Positions 1-8,434 of a DNA stretch of 64,000 bases are shown here, one piece after another. The DNA is from Chthoniobacterales bacterium. GTDB lineage: Bacteria; Verrucomicrobiota; Verrucomicrobiia; Chthoniobacterales; Chthoniobacteraceae. The position numbers and the translations under genes are program-made. The notes under the pieces are model-generated. The model was not told where the DNA came from, ran no database searches, and was given only the letters and a program-made list of their open reading frames with translations. The number at the start of each line of letters is the position of its first letter. Within the stretch, counting starts at the first letter, position 1. The stretch is from positions 1-64,000 of the forward strand of contig JBBQZX010000002.1 in the NCBI GenBank assembly GCA_038207335.1, read 5' to 3'.

Positions 1-603
1 CTCGTTCTGCATGCCGGGCACGCGCCGGTTGCGGAAAAATGGATGCTCCATCCGATCCACTGCCGGCACGAGCACAGTCGCCCGCGATGGCACATCCTCG
101 CCCATCGGACCGGGGAGCAGCCAGCGGACATCGAGGTAATCTTCGATGAATGTATAGACACCATTGAGCGTGCCGGTGCTCGTGCCGCCTTCGGGCGTTA
201 GCTCTTTGTCGGGTGTGTCAGGTCCGGCGATGAAGAGATTGCCGCCACGGCTCACGAGGCGATACCCTTCGAGCGGCACATCGCTCACGCTGAGGCCAGC
301 CGCGCGCCCCTCCGGCGTGTCGCCCAGCGCGATGAACGGACTCTGCACCGGTGCGTTGCCTGCCACGATTGCCAACTTAGCTTTCGTGGATTTCTCAATG
401 TAGCGCTGCAGCTCTTGAGCCGCCTTGCGGACGGACCCCGGCGCGTCCGCCGCATGCACGATGACAAAATGGCTGCGGCTTTCCTGGACGAGCGCGAGTT
501 CGACTTCCGCCGCATGCGCGCAGCCGCATCCGAAAGCAGCCAGCGCGAGGGATGCGAGGAAGATGAATAGTGAAGTGATGCAAAGTGGGTGGGTCGCTTT
601 CAT
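1..603 (-). CDS. DUF4838-family secreted glycoside-hydrolase-like protein, N-terminal part (runs off the left edge)
   Basis: Not in the ORF track; read manually from ATG at 603. MKATHPLC... signal peptide, then AAQELQRYIEKST, EGYRLV..GNLFIAG, GTLNGVYTFIEDYLDVRWLLPG, a GH67/GH20-like N-domain typical of DUF4838 proteins. Similar to 14912-17314. Confidence 0.75.
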   Translation of the reverse strand, partial: MKATHPLCITSLFIFLASLALAAFGCGCAHAAEVELALVQESRSHFVIVHAADAPGSVRKAAQELQRYIEKSTKAKLAIVAGNAPVQSPFIALGDTPEGRAAGLSVSDVPLEGYRLVSRGGNLFIAGPDTPDKELTPEGGTSTGTLNGVYTFIEDYLDVRWLLPGPMGEDVPSRATVLVPAVDRMEHPFFRNRRVPGMQNE

Positions 604-735
604 GATTTGCCCTCCGCGCTCGGGGTATTCTCGCTCGACAGGCTGAAGAGCTGATATTGTTTCATTGCCAAGATGATTCGCACGGGACGATCCGTCGGCA
701 CGGACGCGGTCGGGCAGATTTCCCGACCTTGAAGC

Positions 736-2906
736 TCACTTTTTCGGCACACCGATATCGATGCGCGTGATGTTGTCGTCGCCCGCGCCGTGAACGGTGA
801 TGATCACGCCTTCCTTGATCTTGGGCAAAACCGTCGCCGGGTTCCCTGCAAACTCAAATGCTCCGCCATCGATGCTTTCGTAAACGGGCACATCATCGGC
901 AAACTTGTTCATGTGAAGCTGATTGCCGTATTTTTTGGTGTAGGCTGGGCCGAGGTCTTTGCCGAGCATCAGCAGCCGCTCATTCTTGAACGAGATGAAG
1001 GTGCCGGTGGTGCTGCCTTTTCGCGCACCGACACGGACGAGCGCCTTGTTCCCGCCGACGATGATCCACGTTCCAGCTTCCACCTTGCTCAAGACTTCAG
1101 CGGTGCCTGCAGAGATGTAGGAGTTGGAGGCATTGTCCCAGCTCACGACTGGCGTTTTCTCTGCAATGTTATTCCAGACCAATCCGCCGTAGTTGCCCTT
1201 GAGCGTCAGCGTGCCGTCCTTGAACGACACGAATTTGCCGTATCCGCCCTTCTCATTCTGGCGGGCCTTGTCCGGTGCTGCGGTGGTCTCCGATGCCTTG
1301 CCCGCCGGCGGCCCATTCTTCACGCCGATTTCGATGCGCGTGAAGTTTCCATCGCCCGGCCCGAAGTGAACGGTGACCAGCGTCCCTTCCTGGATCTTCG
1401 GCAAAGCGGCGGAGGGCGTGCCCGCCCGCACATAGTCACCGCCATCAATGCTTTCAAAGACCGGGAGTTCCTCGGCAAACTTTTGGAACTTAAGCTGGTT
1501 GCCGTATTTCTTGGTGAAGCTGTTGGAGTGAGATCTTTTCCCAGCAGCAGCATCTGGTCGTCTTTGAAAGACACGAAGGTGCCGGTGACGCTGCCATTTT
1601 TCCCGCCGACATAAATTTTCTCCCGGCGTCCATTTTCCATCGCGGGGACGCCGATCCATGTCCCTCGCTCCACTTTATTCATGCTCTCCACGGTGCCAGA
1701 CGGCAGGTTCGCATTTGCGGCATCGTTCCAAAGAACGACCGCCGTGCTCGCGGGAATGTCATGCCAGACCAATCCGCCGGACTTGCCTTTGAGCGTCAGC
1801 GTGCCGTCTTTGAATGACACGAACGCGCCTCCTCCGGCCTTGTTCTTCTGGTCGGTGCTCTCCAGTGCCGGAGCCTCTTTCGGCTGCTCGGCTTTGACCT
1901 CTTGCGCACGCGTTGCACCCACCAGCGTGAGCGCGGCAATCATGAATGCGGCAGCCAGGCCCCACGCGGGATGTGTTCGGCGATGAGTGGCGATGGCGCG
2001 AATGCGCGAGCGCATCCCGGCGCGCTCGAAGATGCCGACGAAGGCGAGGCCAAGCGCGGAGTGCGAAACGGAGTTTTGCAGCTTCAGCAACGCATGGCCG
2101 TAGTCGGCACGGCGGTCTTCCGCATCGGCACCGAGCACCTGCGCATCGCACGCCGTTTCGCGGTCCGCCCTCATGCGGGCAAAGGCCAGCCAGAGCAGCG
2201 GATTGAACCAATGCAGCGCCTGAAGCACGCACAGCAGCCAGTTCAACGGCAGGTCGTGGCGTTTGAGGTGCGTGAGTTCGTGCAGCAAGACCATGCGTGC
2301 CTCACCAGCGGAAAATCCCTTTGGAAAACTCGCCGGAAGCAGCAGCACCGGACGCAGCAGACCCGCCACCGCCGGGCTGTCCACTGCTGCGGACACAATC
2401 ACGCGCGGCAAACGTTTCACGCCGAGTTGCTGCGCGGCCCGCGCGACCGACTCTTCGATTTCCGCGCTTGTCACCACCGCATCACGCGCGATCCGGCGCA
2501 GGCTCCGCCGATACCCGACGCCACCGACGACCAGCACACCACAAGCCCCGAGCAACCACGCCGCGAAAACGATTTGCCACCCGCCCGTCCGCCACGATGC
2601 CGGCTCTGCTACCGCCGTGATGTCGGCAAACGCTTCCTGCTCCACCGCGGACTGTGCCTCGGCGGACGATGCGACCGCTTGAACGATGAGCGGCTTTGAA
2701 AGAAAACCATTCTCCGCGCTGAAGCGGCTCGCAGGCAGCACCGGCACGAGGAGCACCAGAACCACCGGCAGCCACAGTGCATGACGCCACCGTGCGGGCA
2801 GCCAGCGACTGAATGCGAGTTGCAGCCCCAGCACCGCGAGTGCGAGCACGGATGCGCGCAAGCTCGCGGACAGGAGCCATGGGATGAAAGAATCGAGGGT
2901 GTTCAT
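736..2906 (-). pseudogene. BlaR1/MecR1-type M56 metallopeptidase with two tandem C-terminal extracytoplasmic repeats, frameshifted at ~1522-1532
   Basis: ORF 1320-2906 has TM helices, SPAVAGLLRP, HELTHLKRHD (HExxH), ALHWFNP and ETACD. The repeat motif GKDL....TKKYGNQL is broken across frames and continues in ORF 736-1659. Confidence 0.8.
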
Positions 2907-2924
2907 AAGGTTGTCGTGGAGGGT

Positions 2925-3308
2925 TCAGGATTGGTTCTTGAGAGATTTATCGAGCATCTTTTTCAACTCGCGCACCTCTGCCGGCGTGAGCTGCGCGTTT
3001 TGCGCGAAGTGGACGAGCAGCGGCTTCGACGCCCCGCGGAAAATGCGCTGCATGAAGGACTCGCTCTCCGCGCCCACACACGCCTCGCGCTTCACCGCAG
3101 GTGAGAAGACACGTGTGCCGCTGGCATTCTCGCCCGTCTTCAGCGCGCCTTTGTACACCAGTCGCGTCAGTAGCGTGCGGACCGTGTTCTCCGCCCAGTT
3201 CATGGTGGGGCGCAGGGTTTTGGTAATCTCCGAAGCAGTCTGTGGCGCGCCCTCCCAGATCGCCTCCATCACTACCCATTCAGATTCGGAAATGTCAGGC
3301 GGTTGCAT
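2925..3308 (-). CDS. BlaI/MecI/CopY family transcriptional repressor
   Basis: ISESEWVVMEAIW...WAENTVRTLLTRLVYKG winged helix; immediately upstream of the M56 gene. Confidence 0.93.
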   Translation of the reverse strand: MQPPDISESEWVVMEAIWEGAPQTASEITKTLRPTMNWAENTVRTLLTRLVYKGALKTGENASGTRVFSPAVKREACVGAESESFMQRIFRGASKPLLVHFAQNAQLTPAEVRELKKMLDKSLKNQS

Positions 3309-3313
3309 AAGGT

Positions 3314-3360
3314 CGAGTCACTACTACGTCCGTAGTGACTCGTCAACGACAAATGTAGTG
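3314..3360 (-). promoter_or_regulatory. BlaI-type operator pair overlapping a sigma70-like promoter
   Basis: ACTACGTCCGTAGT (3323-3336) and ACGACAAATGTAGT (3346-3359) resemble the BlaI/CopY box ACTACAnnTGTAGT. There is an 11-bp inverted repeat 3314-3324/3332-3342, and minus-strand TTGACG (3341-3346)-N17-TAGTGA just before the blaI ATG. Confidence 0.7.
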
Positions 3361-3437
3361 ATTGTGGTCAGGGAGTCCGTCTTTGGAACCGCTGGGCGCA
3401 GGGGTTCCGATTGTTTTGGGCGTTTCATCCAGACAAC

Positions 3438-4104
3438 TTACTTCCAGCCAGCTCGTTGGAGAGCGCGTGTCAAAAGGAACTCTGCGCGGCGCTGCATCTT
3501 CTTTCCCTGGATGTTGATGGCCGACTGGATGCGGCGGTCATAGCTCTCCACGTTGGTCACGTATTTCACCGCGTTGGTGAGAATGATGCGGAAGAGGCTG
3601 AACGTGTTGAGCACCGCCGCCGAACTGCGCTTGGAGCCATGACGCGCGACCCACGCAGGCAGCTTCACGCCGAGCTTCTGTGCGCCCGCGTTCCAGCCGG
3701 CGGCGAGTTCGCCGACCCGCTTGAGCGAATCGCGTTTGAGTGCGCGCAGCGCCTAGGCATCCACTGGATACGGGCTCTTGAGACTGCGCGGATTGATGCG
3801 ACCGGAGTGCGGATCGCGCAGGTGTTTGTGGATCGCCACCGGGTCGCCGAGCGTCACGCCTTTGCGCCGCGCTGCTGCGACCATGACGCGGGCAAGGTCA
3901 GCGATGATGGCACCTTCGCCCGCCTTCTTCGCCGCGCTGCCACGCTTGCCTTTCGATGCCGGCGGCGTGATCGCGACGACCTCTTTCACGAAGCCGCGCG
4001 CGGCTTCCTCGGCAAGCTCGCGCCGAGACTTCTTCACATGCGGCGCGAGCGCTTTGATGCCGCGCTGGATCGGTTTTGAGATCAAAACGAACTCGTGTGT
4101 TCAT
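3438..4104 (-). pseudogene. Degraded phage tail-region gene (basic, possibly HK97 gp10/minor-capsid-like)
   Basis: ATG 4104 (MNTRVRFDLK), frameshift in AAAA at ~4075-4078, then PIQRGIK...VVAITPP, an in-frame TAG at 3753-3755, then ...GELAAGWNAGAQKLGVKLPAWVARHGS to TAA 3438. Lies inside the tail gene string. Confidence 0.55.
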
Positions 4105-4311
4105 CGGGTCGCCAGTTCGTCAGCAGGGCTTCAAGCTGAGTGGTCGCGGGCGGTGCGACCGGCACCGTCCACACGTCATGCGCCCGCAGCGCGCAGTGCT
4201 GGTATTGCAGGAGCCGCGCGAGCGGCAGCTCCCAGAAGATGAAGTGTTCCGACCAGCCCGTTTCTCACGCCAGTGTGAAGACGAAGCTCGCCGTCCACAC
4301 CGGCTCGATCA
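4082..4311 (-). pseudogene. -1 frame extension (gpGT/GpE'-like) of the tail assembly chaperone, interrupted by TGA at 4265-4267
   Basis: -1 frame after CCCAAAC reads LIEPVWTASFVFTLA*ETGWSEHFIFWELPLARLLQYQ... with no own start codon; the GW...I..LPL pattern resembles GpE-like T segments. Confidence 0.6.
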
Positions 4312-4752
4312 GTTTGGGGGAGGCTGCGCCTCTTTTTTACCGCCATTTGGCCGGCTGATAACTTCGATCTGCGCGGCCTCGATGGCGGTGAGGTTGTTCT
4401 CGAGTTGCTGCATCGCCGTGAACATCGCAGTCACCGGAAGTTCCAACTCGAAGGGCAGCAGATACTCGTCCTCGAATGCCTGGCGGTTTTCGCGTGCGAG
4501 CTTCACCGCTTTCTTCACCACGTCGAGCGGCTGCGATTGGATGAAAAGGAACGTCGTGAGCTGGCGCTGCTTGTCATCGGCGGAGAGCGCTTCGACCTGC
4601 TCCTTGTCGCCGCCCACGACCATCGTGAGGCCGAGCGCCCGGCAGATCGTGAGTGTGCCCGCCGAGAATGGCCGCAGAGTGATGCCGCCTGCTTCGGGCG
4701 CGGGCGTGATGAACGTGTCGATGTTGGTCTGAGTCCGTTCGTCAGTGTTCAT
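4309..4752 (-). CDS. Phage tail assembly chaperone (gpG-like), 147 aa
   Basis: MNTDERTQ...GITLRPFSAG...QPPPN*; ends in the slippery heptamer C CCA AAC directly before TGA; downstream of a tube-like gene. Confidence 0.65.
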   Translation of the reverse strand: MNTDERTQTNIDTFITPAPEAGGITLRPFSAGTLTICRALGLTMVVGGDKEQVEALSADDKQRQLTTFLFIQSQPLDVVKKAVKLARENRQAFEDEYLLPFELELPVTAMFTAMQQLENNLTAIEAAQIEVISRPNGGKKEAQPPPN

Positions 4753-5191
4753 TTTTCGAGAGCGGTGAGGAGTTTCTGTCGGCGTTCTGGCGTCGCATCG
4801 AAGGGAACGAGCACGAACCGTTTGCCTTTGCGGATCAGCGCGACGGGAGCGAGTCGCCCAATCTCCGCTGCGAGCAAGCCCGCGTTGCGGAAAGCCGTCG
4901 CGATATAGGCGAACGGATGCTCGTTGTTCTGAGTGGCCCACACCGGATCGTGCCATGCTTCGATAAGCTTCCGGGCGTCGTGCTGGCCGCAAATGCTCTT
5001 CGCCTTGAGCGTCCACGTCACGAGCCGTCGCTCCGTGTTCTCGACCAGTTCGCGGGTTTCAAGATACGGGCAATCGTCATCGAGCGGATGCCGATGGCGG
5101 TGAGCGCGGCCACGAGCCGCAGGAGATTGAGCGCGTTGGCTTCGGTTTTCACCTCGGCGCGCAGGATGCAGAGTTGGTCGCCTTTTTTCAT
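4749..5191 (-). pseudogene. Uncharacterised prophage gene, frameshifted at ~5085
   Basis: ATG 5191 MKKGDQLCIL...AALTAIGI / frameshift / LDDDCPYLETRELV...VTWTLK...EHPFAYI...; the stop overlaps the chaperone ATG (ATGA). Confidence 0.55.
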
Positions 5192-5194
5192 AAA

Positions 5195-5527
5195 TCAGTT
5201 CACCGCCTCCGCGGTTGGGTAGTGCTTGAAGCTGTATTCCCAGCCGTCGAAGTCCTCGTTGTTCTCGCTCTGCCTCACGTTGGTGATGACGGTCACTCCG
5301 CCATTTGGAAGCCCGCTCACGCCCGGATCGCCGACACCCGGCACCACCGCGAGCGCGCCGTGGCCTTTCACACTGCCCTCCGTCATTTTGCGATACGGCT
5401 TCACGCGGGCGATCTCGCCATCGCTGCCGGGTAGTTCCTTGACCTGCACGCTGTCGTCGGTTTCCACCGAATCAATGAGCGTACCGGTGTGGCGGCTGAT
5501 GCCGAATTTTACGTCGTTGGCGGGCAT
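5195..5527 (-). CDS. Putative phage major tail (tube) protein, 110 aa
   Basis: Short beta-rich protein (VKFGI, VITNVRQSENNEDFDGWEYSFKHYP) located between a terminator-like fragment and the chaperone genes; call rests mainly on synteny. Confidence 0.5.
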   Translation of the reverse strand: MPANDVKFGISRHTGTLIDSVETDDSVQVKELPGSDGEIARVKPYRKMTEGSVKGHGALAVVPGVGDPGVSGLPNGGVTVITNVRQSENNEDFDGWEYSFKHYPTAEAVN

Positions 5528-5549
5528 GACATCGGATCGCTGTCAACGC

Positions 5550-5705
5550 TCAGACCGGGCCGAAGCCGAACCGATACTTCAGCTTCGTGGCGAAACGAGC
5601 CTCGCCCGCCGTAGGTTCTGTGCCGAGTGGGGCGTAGCCATAGATGTGAAGCCTCCCGGTGGCGTTGAGCGCGGCGATGACGACCGCACGACTCGCCAGA
5701 GTAGC
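5550..5705 (-). pseudogene. 3' fragment of an upstream phage tail completion/terminator-like gene
   Basis: ...VIAALNATGRLHIYGYAPLGTEPTAGEARFATKLKYRFGFGPV*; its 5' part is replaced by opposite-strand host gene sequence. Confidence 0.4.
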
Positions 5706-6986
5706 TCGCACTATCTCCGCTCGCTCAGCGGCGGCGAGGTTTATCGCGGGAAGAATCTGCCGGAGCTGACGGGCGCGTATGTCTTCGGCGACTTCGGCAC
5801 GGGCCGCGTGTGGGCGGCGAAACACGACGGCACAAAGCTCGAATGGACGCGCGAGTTGCTCGACACGCCGCTCGCGATCACGCACGTCAGCGCCGACGCC
5901 GCGGGCGAGCTGCTCATCGCGGATTACGGCAGCCCGGTTTACGGCGCGGGCGTGAGCGGCGGCATTTATCGCCTCGAGCGCGCGCCTGCGCTGGCGACTG
6001 CGCCGCCCGAGTTTCCGCGCCTGCTCAGCGAGACGGGGCTTTTTTCCGACATGGAAAAACTCGCGCCGCTCCCCGGCGTGCTTCGCTACGAAATCAACGC
6101 GCCCGGCTGGCACGACGGCGCGACCTCCGAGTATCACCTCGCGCTGCCTGGCGACGGCACGCTCGAATTCCGCCCCGCGAAAAGCTGGCAGGCTCCGAAC
6201 GGCACCGTGCTCGCGCAGACGCTCACGCTCGGCGGCAAGCGCATCGAGACGCGCGTGCTGGTGAAGGAGCAGAACGATTGCGCCGCCTACATCTACGTCT
6301 GGAACGCCGCGCAGACCGACGCCGCGCTCGCCGAGAAATCCGGCGCGGACATCGAACTCGCCGACGCGCAGCCGTGGCGCGTCCCGAGCCGAGCCGAATG
6401 CATGATGTGCCATTCGCGGCAGGCGAATTTTTCCCTCACCCTCCACGAAGCGCAGCTCAACCGCGGCGACCAACTCGCGCGCTGGGAAAGCTTTGGCCTG
6501 CTCCGCGCGGACGCTGTCGCTTTTGAGCGCGAACGCAACTTCACCGAAAAACTTCCGCGTCCCGCAGAATCCGCCCCAGACCAGCGCAAGCCCGCGCTAT
6601 CATCGCTTCTTCCGCGCGATCCGGATCGTCTGAAAAAGTTCGCCGCAACCGATGACCTGCACGCCAGCCTCGACGCGCGCGCCCGCGCTTATCTCGGCGT
6701 GAACTGCGCCCACTGCCACACGCTCTACGGCGGCGGCAACAGCGCGATGGACTTCGACTGGCTGCTCCCGCCCGACGAAATGCACGCCCTCGGCGAGCCC
6801 GCGAAGCACGGCGACTTCGGCCTCACCGACGCGCGCGTGATTGCCCCCGGCACCGCCGCGCGCAGCGTCGTCATCCCGCGCGTGAGCATCCGCGGCCCCG
6901 GCCAGATGCCCCCGCTCGGCACCCGCATCGCCGACCCCGACGGCGTGCGCGTTCTCGTCGAGTGGATCGAGTCTCTGCGGAAATAG
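5706..6986 (+). pseudogene. 5'-truncated PQQ/sorbosone sugar dehydrogenase-like beta-propeller + c-type cytochrome protein
   Basis: Begins mid-propeller (RSLSGGEVYRG..LPELTGAYVFGDFGTGRVW), then LSETGLF, CMMCH, NCAHCH and QMPPLG. No signal peptide or N-terminal blades; the upstream part of ORF 5226-6986 is antisense phage sequence. Confidence 0.75.
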
Positions 6987-7119
6987 GGGGGACGAGCGAC
7001 GAGTCGGGATACTTATCGCTTTCGCGAATCGCTCGACGGCGCGATCCACGTCGGCACGGCGACATACAATCACAACGCCTTCCGCGTGGAGTTCGATCCG
7101 CGCACCGGGAAGCAGCGAA
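6954..7119 (+). repeat. Left copy of duplicated island target (matches 12367-12402 and 12566-12693)
   Basis: 6954-6989 vs 12367-12402: 34/36 identical. 6991-7119 vs 12566-12693: about 12 substitutions and one indel by manual alignment. Confidence 0.92.
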
Positions 7120-7293
7120 CCCGATTTCGACGATCAGGCGATAATGCATCGGCATGAGCGCATCCGCGTGGAGGCGCAGCCCAAAGCCCGCGGGCAACTC
7201 GGCGGTGAGCTAAAGTTAATGCTTCAGGTCCCGATCGTCCCGGAAAATGCGGAGAATCATGCGGGTGTTGGCAATTGGTATGGTGGCCGATAG

Positions 7294-8430
7294 ATGAAGG
7301 GCATGTTTCGCCGCACACTTTCATCAGCACCCAAGCCGCAATCGGCGCCGGTGCGGTGGCGTGAGGCTGCCACGGGGAGCGAGTGCACTTTGCATCAACT
7401 CTCGCCCTACATCGGTAAGCTAAAGAGTTCGATCGCGGGCGACCTAATCGCGCAGTTCAGCAAAATCGGTGAATTGATCGTCGATCCGTTTTGTGGCGCG
7501 GGCACAGTGCCGCTTGAGGCTGTGCTTAGGGGCAGGCGTGCATTCGGCGCGGATATCAGCCCTTATGCCCGAGTGCTTTCTTCGGCGAAACTACACCCCC
7601 CCACCTCGATTGAAAGGGCGCTCGCGAAGGCAGTGCGTTTGCATGAGGATTCGGGTGAACTACCAGAGCCGGATCTCCGAACCGTGCCACAGTGGGTGCG
7701 GCGATTTTTTCACCAAGAAACCTTGCGTGAGGCACTGAGGCTCGCCGCCGTCTGCCGGAATCCGGGAAACGAGTTCTACTTCGCGTGTTTGTTCGGGATT
7801 TTGCATCATCAGCGCCCGGGGTTTCTGTCATATCCGAGCAGTCATTTGGTGCCGTATTTGAGGAGCAATAAGTTCCCGCGCGAGCGGTTCCCAGAACTCT
7901 ACGAATATCGGCCAGTGTTGCCGCGACTCCTGGCGAAGGTTCGCCGGAGCTTCCGACGCTCACCGGCAAATGCGAAGTGGTCTGCTGCGTTTCGGGAATG
8001 TGCTGTCGAGAACCTGCGTTTCCCGTCGCGCTTCGACGCCTTGATTACCAGCCCGCCATACATGAACGCGCTCGACTACCAGCGCGACAACCGACTGCGG
8101 CTTTGGTTCATCGACCCACGCCTTGTCGATTCTTCGATGGATGAGGCGACGCGAACTCGCGAGTCTTTCGTCTCAGCGATCGAAAGCGTCGCCACGAAAG
8201 CCGAGCGTGGACTGCGCACCTCGGGCCACTGCGTCTTCGTTGTCGGCGAGCAGTCGAAGCGAAAATTCGAGGCGCACCCGGCGCAGAGCGTAATCGACAC
8301 CATGAGCCAGCACGCACCGTCGCTGCGCTTGCAGCAGGTGATCGCCGACTATATTCCCGACGTGCGCCGGACACGGCGCGAGTGCAGGGGTGTAAAGCGA
8401 GAGATGATTCTCGTCTTCAAGCGCCGCTGA
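7294..8430 (+). CDS. DNA amino-methyltransferase, probably N4-cytosine
   Basis: HQLSPYIGKL, SAM-binding motif I DPFCGAGT, catalytic motif IV ITSPPY. Confidence 0.85.
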   Translation: MKGMFRRTLSSAPKPQSAPVRWREAATGSECTLHQLSPYIGKLKSSIAGDLIAQFSKIGELIVDPFCGAGTVPLEAVLRGRRAFGADISPYARVLSSAKLHPPTSIERALAKAVRLHEDSGELPEPDLRTVPQWVRRFFHQETLREALRLAAVCRNPGNEFYFACLFGILHHQRPGFLSYPSSHLVPYLRSNKFPRERFPELYEYRPVLPRLLAKVRRSFRRSPANAKWSAAFRECAVENLRFPSRFDALITSPPYMNALDYQRDNRLRLWFIDPRLVDSSMDEATRTRESFVSAIESVATKAERGLRTSGHCVFVVGEQSKRKFEAHPAQSVIDTMSQHAPSLRLQQVIADYIPDVRRTRRECRGVKREMILVFKRR

Positions 8431-8434
8431 ACCG

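Larger units (their letters stand above)
3438..5705 (-). mobile_element. Prophage remnant (tail module only)
   Basis: Five or six co-oriented, overlapping short genes with the G/GT frameshift signature and several inactivating lesions. No integrase, capsid or tape measure gene present. Confidence 0.65.

Noticed and set aside
3753..4267. In-frame TAG and TGA as stop-codon recoding (alternative phage code, Sec or Pyl)
   Set aside because: Two different stop types plus neighbouring frameshifts fit ordinary decay; TGA and TAG terminate other genes normally in this window.
5226..6986. 586-aa ORF as one intact gene
   Set aside because: The first ~160 codons are antisense to phage genes; only the part from ~5706 resembles a real protein.
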